From the NCBI RefSeq assembly GCF_963921235.1, contig NC_086101.1:30194001-30258000 (forward strand): a DNA stretch of 64,000 nt, written 5' to 3'. Positions 50,936 through 63,073 of the stretch are shown here, one piece after another. The first letter of the stretch is position 1. Each line of letters opens with the position of its first letter. This stretch comes from Mobula hypostoma (lineage: Eukaryota). Below the pieces are notes generated by a model, which did not search any database, was not told the DNA's origin, and worked only from the letters and a program-made list of their open reading frames with translations. Made by a program: the position numbers and the translations under genes.

Positions 50936-51565
50936 AATGGAGGGAAGAAGTGCCTGTCCGACTTCTGTATTGTTGATGTTCATGCATAGTCAAGAATTTC
51001 ATGCCGAAGAAGAATAAATAAAATTCTATATGCCTTGTGACAATAAGCCTTGCATTATCTTTACATAAAAACAAACGGTTCCAATGAGAATATCCAGGAC
51101 AGAATCAGAACAGTAAAAATCTATTAACTTCGTAGAATTACAAAATTTCTGGCAAAATAACTGGAACGTATATTGAAATTGTATTTTAATTTTCTATGGG
51201 GGAGTATTTATTTCAAGAAACGACGTAGAAATAAACGCACAATGTACTTAATCAAAATAAATAAATGCGTTTCTGATTTCAACGAAAGTGTGAAAGCTGT
51301 CTTCTAATTCATATTTTATTTTATTTACTGGGAAGTTTGTGTAAAAACATTGATGACATAATGCACGACTATGGAAGCTAGCGCTGACGATTCAAAAAAC
51401 AAAACACGGATTCCCGGAGGGCTCACGGGACAGTATATCATACCGCAGTCATACTGCAGTGCTCAGAGCACAGTTCACGCTAACCTCAAATATAAATAAA
51501 ACACACACCGGAAAGCAAGATATCTTCTGCATTTGCCTCACAGAAAGCCGAACTTCTCTCCGATC

Positions 51566-54189
51566 ATGGGATCCTCTGTAACGTTAATCGTAGCACGCAT
51601 TTACAATCCTATTCTCGTAATAATTGGCGTCACCGGTAAGTCAATTTCACAACCTGCAAAGTATATTTAATTATACTTATCTTGATGACATAAATAACTA
51701 TCTAGAAAATGGCTGAACGTATTTACGGTTTCTGGTGTTTTAGAAATAAATATATTCTGCTAAATTCAAACATTGTGTGAGTCATTCATCATAATACACG
51801 CAGTTAAATTTTGTTCGTGTGCAGGCCGCATTTGCATTGGGTTGAGAAATAAACCCAAAAATGAGGGAACGACCTTGGAGATGCCTGAAAAGGAATGGAT
51901 ATTCTGGGATGCCCATTCGTCAAAATCGCCATATCGGCCTCGCCGGTATAGTACAAAGGAAAACGAACCAATACGTTAGGCGCAGGCTAGGCTACAAGAG
52001 CGGCTCGAAGGACGTTCAGTGACGTTCTACAGCCGTACGGGCTCCACACGGGATTTTAAGTCTGGGTTTACTTCTGTTGTTGACGTCTCTCCAAGGTTGC
52101 AAACAAAGCTGCGGCGCTATTTACCCATAAATGGGGATCTGGTTCACAAGCACTAGGCCTTGTCCACACGACGGTGGGCCCGTGTATTACGTGTGGAGGG
52201 GGCCAGACCTCCTCCCGTCCTCTGTAGTTAGACATATACTCATTCGCACGTGAGCATTACTGATTCAGGAGAGGCAACTGAATACTCTGAGTTGAGTGGG
52301 CCGTATACTTTTACGAGACCAATCGAATATCCAGCAGACAATGCATTCGTGTCAGAAAGCTCGGTCAAATTAAATGGTATTAACCAAAATTATATCTCTA
52401 AGTCAGTTTCCCTTTAAGTACCTTCGTAACTTATGTTAAGCACATTTTTTTCAGTTATTCAGATATATTTCGATAACGTCCACGTTATTAGAATCGATAC
52501 ATCACAAGCTAGCCGGATGATGCATATTACTTCATCAGTATGTGGTCACAGTAAAAATATTTTTCTCTGCGATGAGCATATCCAAAACATACTTACATGT
52601 ATATGGATATTTGAACAACATAAGACTTAGAAAAAAAATCAGAGAGGAATATTTCTTAACACAAATTATTTAGAACTGAAACGTCGCTTGATAAACTCAC
52701 AGCGTGTAAGATACGTTTGCTCATTCACTTGGAACTTGAAGGCACTGACGTCTGCGGCTCCTGTGTTGATGAACTAAATTAGTACAGTTAAGTGGAATGA
52801 TTACCTTGGAAATGGGACGAATTTATAACCTGCAGTTGTGCAGTCAGATTTATTGACTAGACGTTCGAGGTTTCTGGTGAGCAACATTGACAAGACAACC
52901 ATTTAGAAAGCTATTGGATCTTTCTGCCGAGATAATAGTACATGCAAATACAATATGAAGCTACACAAGCAATGTTCTCCGATTCCCTGAGACGTTGTCA
53001 CATGTTAACTTAATTTTATTCAACTCGGGGCATATTGTAGGTGGTTTGACAAAAAAAAAAGAAAATTAACACTTCAAATACAAAATACTGCTTTGTAAAT
53101 AACTGACATTTGCGAAAAACTGGAATGTTGGAAAACACTTCCTTTAAGTCAACATTCTAAATTGTATCTAATAAATTTAGCGAAGTGCGATGAATAGATG
53201 AGCAATGAAATAAACGCACACTAACTGCCATTCAACTTTCGAGTAACAGGACGATTTAATACATTTTCCTTTCTTCATTAACAGGTAATTTGGTATCTAT
53301 CTGCATCCTGTCTTCTGGAAGGTGTGGTCTATCAAGGTGTGTCACGCTGTATCTAGTATGGATGGCTGTTGCTAATCTAATGTATGTGATATTCGGCGGA
53401 ATACTTTATCGGATTAAGGACGCTTATTTTCCACGTTCATTTCTCAATTATACTCCTGCTTGCAGTATTAATTTGGCCTTAAATTTTGCTTCTATTGATT
53501 GTTCTGTCTGGCTAACTGTGGCATTCTCATTTGATCGATTCTTTGCGATTTGCTACCCGTCGTTACGGACAAAATATTGCACTGCAAAAAATGCAGCAAG
53601 GCTGTCAACGGTTATTTGTTCGTTATGCCTGTTAGAAAATCTTCCTTTGTACTTCATATTTGAACCCGTCGAAATAATTGACAGTGTGCCATGGTTCTGT
53701 AATATAAAACCAAGCTTCTACATCCTACCTGCTTGGGCTGCTTTCTTATGGTTGGAAGTAATAGTAACCCCATTTCTACCATTTGTGCTGATCCTCCTGT
53801 TCAACGCGCTAACAATAAGGCATATAATAGCGGTTAACAAAGTCAGAAGAAAACTTCAAAATGCAAGGAGTGCAAAGGGTCAAAAAGATCAAGAGATTGA
53901 AAACCGACGGAAATCAATAACTTTACTGCTCTCAATATCTGGAAGTTTCATTCTGTTGTGGGTGGTAAATTTTTCCACTTACATCTCTGTATATTTTACA
54001 GATAATAGATTGATGAAATCAGACAACTATGACGTTTTCACCATCGTGGAAAAGGTTGGCCATCAATTAAGGTTTTTAAGTACTTGCACCAACACCTTTA
54101 TTTATGCTATTTCGCAAAGCACCTTCAGAAAAGAATTGAAAAAAATAATTAAACAACCCTTTGGCTTTATTGCTAAAATCTTCAAGTAA
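51566..54189 (+). CDS. GPR139/GPR142-like orphan class A GPCR, copy B (join 51566-51635, 53285-54189; 324 aa)
   Basis: Exon 1 MGSSVTLIVARIYNPILVIIGVT-G|gtaagt; acceptor ttcctttcttcattaacag|GT; SFDRF, PWFC, NRRKSITLL, TNTFIY; same intron position and phase as copy A. Confidence 0.9.
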
Positions 54190-55404
54190 GTTATTAGATT
54201 TTGGAACACGAAGAAATTGGAAGTACAATTTCAGTTGTTCATTAACAATGCGCCGACGTAAATGCAGAGGTAATGCAATTTTGTCAGGGCAGTGCTTCTC
54301 TCAAATGCATGGGGAAGATTGCTTTGTTTATGATTATATGCATTCTTGTCAAAATTATAGGTACCTAAACAACTTGTTCTGATTTGGAATAAAATGTCCG
54401 AGACAACCCGGTTTCGTGAGTTGATTTGAAGTGATCTCAACACCGTTATATCTTCTAGGAGGGATGTTTTCATAAATCGGTGTACAAGTTGATTTTATAA
54501 AGCAGTGCCAACTGGATGTGTGATATTCATAAAGGCCAAAGAAACAGCTGCGATATCTCGAGACAACCATAAGAGACAGAAATTAAACTTATTTTCAGAA
54601 GATTAAAAAATTGTCGGGCAGTGTATACAGATTATTGGCGATTAACAGAAAAGGAATGACGTTCGACAAAGAGAGATCTGACTTGTTTTTACATCAAATC
54701 TTATGTTTCAGAAAATTTAGTGAAGTGGGGAAAATACTGAGCGCAGTAATTGGGGAAGGAGAAAGGGCAGTGGGCGACAAGATATGAAGAAAAAGCGTCT
54801 GCAGAAAATATTATACAAAATAATCTTCTTGGTATATTTAGAATGACGAGGGTAGAAAAAAGATCAAGACAAGCATCATACCCGAAAATTTGTTAATTCT
54901 AAATTTTAAACAAAAATGCATTGAGCATGAACAGGTCGGGGAGAACTTGCGGAGGGAAACATATTTAAATGTTGAAGTCCTGAGCGCTGCCTGTGGAAAT
55001 TTTAATCTAAAATGTACATCTTGTAATTAGTCGTCATTGCGGTGCTGTAGGGGACAAATCAAATAACATTTTTCCCATACACCTGAAATCAACAGTATTA
55101 TACTGTCTAAAAAAGTAGTATATCGGATAGCGTGAGTTGTAGAAAATATCGAACGCATGGTAACACATATCTAGTTTTGTATAAGGAAGTTGAAGCAGTT
55201 AATGATTTTGTTAAAGACTTATACTGTATACCAGGCATAAAGTTCGTTGAAAGGGAAAGACGGTAATTCAGCCAATAATGAAGCAGAGGGATTCAAAGTT
55301 TTACAAGCTGAGTCATGTAAATCAAAGAACACTATCTATATGCAACACACATCAAGGTTGCTGGTGAACGCAGCAGGCCAGGCAGCATCTCTAGCATGAG
55401 GTAC

Positions 55405-55440
55405 AGTCGACGTTTCGGGCCGAGACCCTTCGTCAGGACT
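55405..55440 (-). ncRNA. minimal type I hammerhead ribozyme motif (intact core)
   Basis: Minus strand agtc-CTGACGA-a-ggg(tctcgg)ccc-GAAAC-GTC-gact. Confidence 0.8.
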
Positions 55441-55476
55441 AACTGAAGGAATCTCTTACTAGCTCTTCCTTCAGTT

Positions 55477-55512
55477 AGTCCTGACGAAGGGTCTCGGCCG
55501 GGAACGTCGACT
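55477..55512 (+). ncRNA. hammerhead motif with mutated core (GAAAC to GGAAC)
   Basis: agtc-CTGACGA-agggtctcggccg-GGAAC-GTC-gact. Confidence 0.6.
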
Positions 55513-56909
55513 GTACCTCTTCCTAGAGAAGCTGCCTGGCCTACTGCGCTCACCAGCAACTCTGATGTGTGTTGCTTGAATTTCCAGCATCTGCAGAATT
55601 CCTCGTGTTGACGTTTTTAAAAACCCTATCTATATAATTAGTTGGTAAAGCTGGTCTCAGTTTTTTTTTCGGAACATGACTGCTTGTGTGCAGATTTTAA
55701 ATCAGTGTTCAAAACAATGAAGGACATAGACATAAACTAATAATCAAACAAGCTGCAGATGATGGAAATTTGAAACGGAATACGAAACGCTGAATATTGT
55801 GAGTCAGGGCTATTTGCGAGAAAAGCTCATTATACACTTAACATTACGCTGACTAAGCAGAAGTAGAACAGTACGTCTTATGTTCTAGAGCTGGACTGAG
55901 CTTGGAATGATCAAATCGGTTGTTCATGATAGCGCAGAAACGAAGGAGGTCCTTGTTACATTGTCCTTTGAAATTAATCATAACATTCATTATGATCACT
56001 TATGGATAAGACGAGTGAGCAATGAAATTTCAGTTTGAATCGATGAGCAATAATTTCGAAATGGAGACAAATCGCCTTTTTTATCTTCTCCTTCTTCGGG
56101 TGTCCATCGATTTCGACGTTGACTGTACTCCAACAAGCCTTCCACAGTAATAAAATAGACGGTGTCGTGCCCCCACCATACAGTCTCTCTGGGCTTCCAA
56201 ATCTGATGCTAAGTGGTACACAGGAGTGTAACAGCGGATAAGGAAGCTGCCCCGCAATGACAACTAACTAGTCTAGTGATGTCATCCGTTGACCAGCACT
56301 CTGGTTCCTCCGCGTGCCACCAAGGTGGCTGTACCATTGATCCTTTTGGATTCATCTGCCGCAGACGCCATCAGACGCCCTGCTGCCGGCGTCCTCGATG
56401 GGTGCAGACTTTGCCTGAAGAGGCATAACCTACGAAGTGGCAAAGGCATGCTGACCTCCTTGACTTAACTAGCCACGATCCTACTACTAGATCTAGTCAA
56501 GGTTAGACCTGTCAGAGAACGAATCTCCGCCGTACTTCGCTGATGTTCGGTCAGTTTCACTCTTAGGCCACGGTGAGGCGCCAAGGAAGGATTTTTTTTA
56601 TGACACGTTATCGGAAACTATCTCGTTTTCTGCAACAGCGATCTGTATAAAATCAGGGAATTCTCTATTATTTCCAACTGTACTCGCTCCAAGTCAAACA
56701 CTTTCCGTTTTTGCTTTTCTAGTTGATTTTCCTGTCCGTCTACAGAAGCCGACCTATCTGCTGTGCAGCTCCCAAAGATTTGTGTTTTTTTTCTCTTTAA
56801 TGTGTTGTTAAGAATAGTTAAGCATAGCAAACTAATATTGACGAGGAAGAGAAGAAACAGACAACATGCGATTCAGATGACATTGCGATGCAAGGAAGAT
56901 TATGAGGGC

Positions 56910-57152
56910 AGCATTCCTGTACAGGGGGAGGGGGAATGACGACTCAGAGCATGAGAGGCCTGCGTCGGGCATTTTCATGCCTTACAAGTCGCAGATTGGA
57001 AGTCTATATGGGGCGCCACTCCTCGCACAGACTAGAGCAATGTGTGATTAAGTGCCTTGCTCAAGGGCACAAACACGCCGCCACAGCTGAGGCTCGAACT
57101 AACGACCTTGAGATAACTAGGCGAACGCCTTAACCACTTGGACACGTGCCCA
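56910..57152 (-). mobile_element. tRNA-derived SINE (V-SINE-like)
   Basis: Minus strand gtgtccaagtggttaagg (A box), gttcgagcc (B box), gtgcccttgagcaaggcacttaatc. Confidence 0.8.
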
Positions 57153-58302
57153 ATACTCCTCTACAACGACTTCATTATTTATTGGCAGCATCACAAAGCT
57201 GTATAAACAAATTCAAATACTTTGTACATTCCATAAAGCATACTCTTGAATATTAAAAGTATTAATGATAGTCCCAAGTTCACTTTCCATACTACCTCCA
57301 TCCTTTCATTTCGAAAAGGATATTATGTGACTAAAAAGGAGCTGTGGCATGTACATTCAGATAGTTCTTGCCGAATTAACAATGAACAAATTGGCATACT
57401 ACCCCGGCCCTAAATTATTATTGTAATCCAGTTTCATTTGTGAATTTTCATTTGCAACTCCCGATAGCTCTAATAACGAAGTCTCATATTTGACAGTATC
57501 CCATTCACAGGAGACAACCCGTTTCAGAAACAGCTTGGGAGGTAGCTTTGACGTTCTTTCTTCCTAATTCCACTCAAAGATGTTGTCTAGCAGAGATTGA
57601 GCAGAGGTATCAAGGCATTCTTCCACCATATACGGTGTGCACTTTGTTTGCCATTTCCCAGCCTCATACAGAGAGGCTGAAGTTGCAAATGACTGAATTT
57701 GCAAGTGGCTACGAATTCAATGGGTACGCAACGAAGAAAAACAGGAGCAATATTTCAGGAAAAAGAATGTATTCATCACAGATGCCTCAGTGCTCTTAAC
57801 AGGCATGAAATGGTAAAATACAATACTTATATTATTGGCTGAATGCGGCCCACGTCGAGCACGATAGAACGTGTCTTTATATTCCGTTTTGTGGCGCAGA
57901 TTGGAGTAAGAAGTGGCCTGGAAGCAAAATGCGAAGGGAATTTGAAATGGCGTAAAACAAACCAATATTAATGAAGGAGGAAGGAACACAGAAAAGAAAT
58001 CAGGGGGAAAATGAAAGGAGAATGGAATATGCCGTGCTAGGTGGATCATAGAGAATCCCTATGAATTTTATGTTTATATTAAGAGAAAGACTAATTAGGT
58101 AACGATTTTATCCACTTAAAGACAGAGATGCGCGTGAACTTTGGTGAGAATAAAAAGTCGAAGCAGTGTTAATATTAAGCATAAGGAGCCGTCGGATACA
58201 TTGAAAAGTAATAAGGTCCATTAGAGACCAGGTCCTGAGAGATTCATGCCAGGATGCTGAGGAAGAAAGGGGGCAGACGGCATAGACAGAGAACTTTGAA
58301 TC

Positions 58303-59772
58303 CGCAAACAACAGGAATTCTGCAGATGCTGAAAATTCAAGCAACACACATCAAAATTGCTGGTGAACGCAGCAGGCCAGGCAGCATCTCTAGGAAGAGG
58401 TACAGTCGACGTTTCAGGCCGAGAGCCTTCGTCAGGACTAACTGAAGGAATAGTGAGTAAGAGATTTGAAAGTGGGAGGGGGAGGGGGAGATCCAAAATG
58501 ATAGGAGAAGACAGGAGGGGGAGGGATAGAGCCAAGAACTGGACAGGTGATAGGCAAAAGGGATACGAGAGGATCATGGGACAGGAGGTCCGGGAAGAAA
58601 GACGGGGGGGGGGTACCCAGAGGATGGGCAAGGGGTATATTCAGAGGGACAGAGGGAGAAAAAGGAGAGTGAGAGAAAGAATGTGTGTATAAACATAAAA
58701 AAAAACAGATGGGGTACGAGGGGGAGGTGGGGCATGAGCGGAAGTTAGAGAAGTCGATGTTCCTGTCATGAGGTTGGAGGCTACCCAGACGGAATATAAG
58801 GTGTTGTTCCCCAACCTGAGTGTGGCTTCATCTTTACAGTAGAGGAGGCCGTGGATAGACATGTTAGAATGGGAATGGGATGTGGAATTAAAATGTGTGG
58901 CCAATGGGAGATCCTGCTTTCTCTGGCGGGCAGAGCGCAGGTGTTCAGCAAAGCGGTATCCCAGTCTGCGTCGGGTCTCGCCAATATATAAAAGGCCACA
59001 TCGGGAGCACCGGACGCAGTATATCACTCCAGCCGACTCACAGGTGAAGTGTCACCTCACCTGGAAGGACTGTTTGGGGCCCTGAATGGTGGTAAGGGAG
59101 GAAATGTAAGGGCATGTGTAGCACTTGTTCTGCTTACAAGGATAAGTGCCTGGACGGAGATCAGTGGGGAGGGATGGGGGGGGGGGTGATGAATGGACAA
59201 GGGAGTCGCGTACGGAGTGATCCCTGCGGAAAGCGGGGGGGGGGGGGAAGAGAAAGATGTGCTTAGTGGTGGGATCCCGTTGGAGGTGGCAGAAGTTACG
59301 GAGAATAATATGTTGGACCCGGAGGCTGATGGGGTGGTAGGTGAGGACCAGGGGAACCCTATTCCTAGTCGGGTGGCGGGAGGATGGAGTGAGAGCAGAT
59401 GTACGTGAAATGGGGGAGATGCGTTTAAGAGCAGAGTTGATAGTGGAGGAAGGGAAGCCCCTTTCTTTATAAAAGGAGGACATCTCCCTCGTCCTAGAAT
59501 GAAAAGCCTCATCCTGAGAGAAGATGCGGCGGAGACAGAGGAATTGCGAGAAGGGGATGGCGTTTTTGCAAGAGACAGGGTGAGAAGAGGAGTAGTCCAG
59601 ATAACTGTGAGAGTCAGTAGGCTTATAATAGACATCAGTGGATAAGCTGTCTCCAGAGACAGAGACAGAAAGATGTAAAGGGGAGGGAGGTGTCGGAAAT
59701 GGACCAGGTAAACTTGAGGGCAGGGTGAAAGTTGGAGGCAAAATTAATAAATTCAAAGAGCTCTGCATGCGT
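58303..59772 (-). mobile_element. 5'-truncated Penelope-like element (RT thumb, GIY-YIG endonuclease, terminal repeat)
   Basis: TDVYYKPTDSHSYLDYSSSHP..K.AIPFSQFLCLRRI; IYCVRCSRCGLLYIGETRRRLGYRFAEHLRS...HF; frameshifted. Confidence 0.92.
58404..58439 (-). ncRNA. minimal type I hammerhead ribozyme motif in PLE 3' repeat (sense to the ORF)
   Basis: Minus strand agtc-CTGACGA-aggc(tctcg)gcct-GAAAC-GTC-gact. Confidence 0.82.
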
Positions 59773-59883
59773 ACAAAAACGAACAAACAATCAAGCAAAC
59801 GAGCAAAGTAACCAAAAAGCGCACTCCTTTCCGGATTCAATACAATTTGAAAGTGATTTTTTTTTGTTTTTTGTTTTTTGCAT

Positions 59884-60537
59884 CTAATTTGGTGGTAATT
59901 GTCATCCTGTCCTCTGGAAAATGCAGTCTCTCCATCTGCATCACCAAATATCTAGTATCGATGGCAGTAGCTGACTTAATGGTTATGCTAATTAATGTGA
60001 TGGTGAATGAACTGAAAGAGGCATTTTTTTCCATATTGATTCCTCAACTACACGCAGATTTGTAGCTCTATTGTCCTACTAATGTATATTTCTCTTGACT
60101 GCTCTGTCTGGCTTACTGTCGTTTTCACATTCGATCGATTTGTTGCTATTTCTTGCCAGTCGTTGCAGACAAAATATTGCACTCCTAAGATTGCCAAGAG
60201 GGTTATAGGAATCGTCGTTTTGTTAAGCGTCTTCGGAAATATTCCAATTTACTTTATATTTGAACCTCGAGGCATACTCAACCAGATGCCATGGTCCTGT
60301 TACGTAAAATCTAGTTTTAACACTTCACCCGCTTGGATCGTGTTCCTGTGGCTTGAAACAGCTTTAACCCCATTTACACCGTATGTCTCGATTTTTTTCT
60401 TAATTCCATGACCATAAAGAATATTGTAATATCCAACAGAGTGAGAAACAAATTACGAGGAAGCAACAAGGACAGTTGCTATAGTGATGAAGAGTTTGAT
60501 AACAGAAGGAACTCCATCATTTTGCTCATAGATAGAT
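59884..60537 (+). pseudogene. GPR139-like GPCR exon-2 pseudogene, close paralogue of copy A
   Basis: Acceptor mutated (ttttgcaT|ctaatttgg), frameshift/stop near 60030, deletion near 60390, truncated after NRRNSIILLI; exon 1 not found. Confidence 0.88.
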
Positions 60538-60539
60538 CT

Positions 60540-60910
60540 TTCAATTTTATTCTTCTGCCGTAGAGTGTTGGGCTTTGGGGTCTTTGAGCACGCGTGATTG
60601 CTAACTAATATTTTGATTGGATTTCTTAAGTACTTGTGTTTTCGGTTTGGTCTTGTTAAGTTAATTTTGTCTGGCACCTGTGCCGGGATTTTATCATTAT
60701 GTTAAGAGGACTCTCTGTCGGTGCCTGAGGTTGGTCATTATGTCGAAGGGAAGCTTTCATGGTATTCTCACTATGGTCGAAGATGATCAGTTTACCTTTT
60801 GGCGTCGATTAGTAGCTATTCCGAGGCTCTGATTCCGATTACGTCTGTGCTTTCCTGGTAATCCTGCCGTTCCTCCACACCTGGGTCCATCCTTCTGGTG
60901 TGCATAATGA
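60540..60910 (+). mobile_element. possible LTR fragment truncating the GPCR pseudogene
   Basis: Abrupt sequence switch at the truncation; ends cctccacacctgggtcc, similar in style to the U5-like end of 31573-33457. Confidence 0.3.
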
Positions 60911-61729
60911 GAGTTTCCAACTGAAATTTCGTATAGAGAGTCCTCATCAGTACTGGAAAGAGGAGGAGAGTGGTCATATTATGAAGGGATTAGGGAGAAG
61001 ACCACCAGATGGCACAGGATCGGTAGCACAGGCGAGAAAAATCTTACGTCGTCGTGGGGGAGAGTGATGATGTGAGAAACTGAAAGGTCGTCATGGAGTG
61101 ATAAGACTGAGTAAGAGTAAGATAATATTTGATGAAGTATATCTTCTAAAGATTGTGCGAATCTACTACGAAGATGTCACCAGTCTGCATTTAAATGCTC
61201 AATATTTTGTAGAATATGTTGACATCTTGATACGATGCACTAAATGAAATATTTAATACATTTCTGCTTTCCCCTAAAATGATATGATGAGTCCATTAAT
61301 ATGGGAATATATGAGACCGTGCTTTCATCCTCCGCAATTCCATGGGTGCGTGCTAAAATATTGAATTTGGTGGCCATACATTGAAGACCTGATGCGGGAG
61401 ACACAAATAAGCGGCCTCTCCTGGAAATGCAACTTTCACTGGATTACAGAAATGAGCTAAACAATCCAAACTAAGTTTATTATCAAAGAACATCGATGCG
61501 CAATTGTGCTATTTTGAGCTTCAATTTCTTGCGGGGATTCGTAGTAGTCACTGGAAAACAACATACAGATTAACAGACAAAAAAACATAAGGTACAAAAA
61601 GAGAAAGACGAATTGTGCAAATAGAAAATAATTATAGCAAATATGTAATGTATTGAAAATAAGAATAAATATTGCATAAAAAATAAACACAACAAAAATA
61701 AAAAAGAGATATTGATAAGCAAGTAGATA

Positions 61730-61841
61730 GAGAGGCAGATAGATAGATAGATAGTCAGATAGATACATGAATGACTTAATAAATAAATAGATAGACAAAT
61801 AGATAGATAAACAAACAAACGAACAAACAAACAAACAAACA
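61730..61841. repeat. compound (GATA/AATA/AAAC)n microsatellite
   Basis: agatagatagatagtcagatagatac...aaataaatagatagacaaatagatagataaacaaacaaacgaacaaacaaacaaac. Confidence 0.85.
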
Positions 61842-62249
61842 TTTCTGAAAACAAGTTTTGTAGAGCCCTTAACACTGAGACCTGAGATTAAAGAATTACT
61901 TCAGAGTTGAGATTACTCAGTCTGATTGTTGAATGCAAATAACTTTCTGAACCTGGTCTTGAGGAACCTAAGACCCCTCTACCTCGTTCCCTATGGCAAC
62001 AAAGACAGGAGAGTATGGACTGGATGGTATTATGTAATTTAACACAGCTGATTCACGTGGTCGTTGGTGTTAATTTGTCATGATACGTGAGGCCAGACAG
62101 AAAATATTCGGTGAGCCATTATCGTGACTTAACGTATAAAAATATTGACTTAATAGCCATATGAATAAGGAGTTTCTGCCTTCCTCTGGCCTTGCGTTTC
62201 ACTTGACTTTAAAACTCACACTGATTAAAGGTTTACCTTAAACTCCGCT

Positions 62250-62410
62250 GTCAGTAAGGAGTCTCTACGTTCTCCCAGTGACCGCGTGGGTGTCCTCAAA
62301 CATTTCCAAGATATACTGGTTAGTCGGATAATTAATAACGTGTGTGCACATGGACGGCTAAGGCTTGTTGGGCCGTACGGGACTGATACAGTGTTGTTTA
62401 TCTAAATTCT
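62250..62410 (+). mobile_element. HE1-like SINE fragment
   Basis: ggagtctctacgttctcccagtgaccgcgtgggtgtcctc...ccaagatatactggttag...gggccg...ataca resembles the elasmobranch tRNA-SINE body; degenerate. Confidence 0.5.
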
Positions 62411-63000
62411 ATATTAAAAATTAAACACTGTAATTCGCAGCTTTGCATATTTTCTAACAATTGCATTACATTTATTTTTGCATAACATTCTTCCTGCTCT
62501 GAATGGCAGTGATTTATTTTCTTTATTTCAATTCGTTTCGCAATCTAATTAGCTTATTCGTACAGTAACATTTCTAAGCATCTGAGTGTTTTTATTTCCA
62601 CCAAGTAGCTCCAAACCAGGTACAGATGTCTCAATTAGTATGCATTGAATAGTATACAGCATTTTAGTAGCAGCTTGGAAGACCTTTAGTTTAAGAAGAA
62701 TTGGAGCATTTATTTGATATAACATTGCAAAAAAAATGCATCCGATGATAATATTTTAATTCTTGAGTCATTAATTAATGAAACCAAAACTGGAAGCATA
62801 TTCTGCACACGCGTTCGTAACTATGTAAGTGGAAGTAAATAATATTACTGCCTTCTGTTTTATTGAATGATTACAGAACTTCAATTATCGTAGAGCGTTG
62901 ATGCCACTCAGGGGATTTCTAGTCGGTATAAATATATCTTAAGATGAAAGAAAGAGACCTAAGAATCTTCTGAACTCCTGGAAAACGTAGAGTTCCTCTG

Positions 63001-63073
63001 ATGATGGGAGAGCCAATAATCTTACAAATAGAAAATATTTATTATCCTATTTTTGCAATTATTGGCGTTCCTA
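63001..63073 (+). CDS. exon 1 of a further GPR139-like GPCR (rest beyond window)
   Basis: MMGEPIILQIENIYYPIFAIIGVP-A|gtaagt; same motif and phase-1 donor as copies A and B. Confidence 0.82.

Larger units (their letters stand above)
55342..55625. mobile_element. palindromic non-autonomous PLE derivative with two inverted hammerhead motifs
   Basis: ~110-nt inverted arms 55342-55451 / 55466-55575; flanked by direct repeat CTATCTATAT (55332-55341 and 55626-55635). Confidence 0.85.

Noticed and set aside
61457-61875. Hydrophobic multi-TM-looking ORFs
   Set aside because: Translation of a GATA/AAAC microsatellite and A-rich low-complexity DNA
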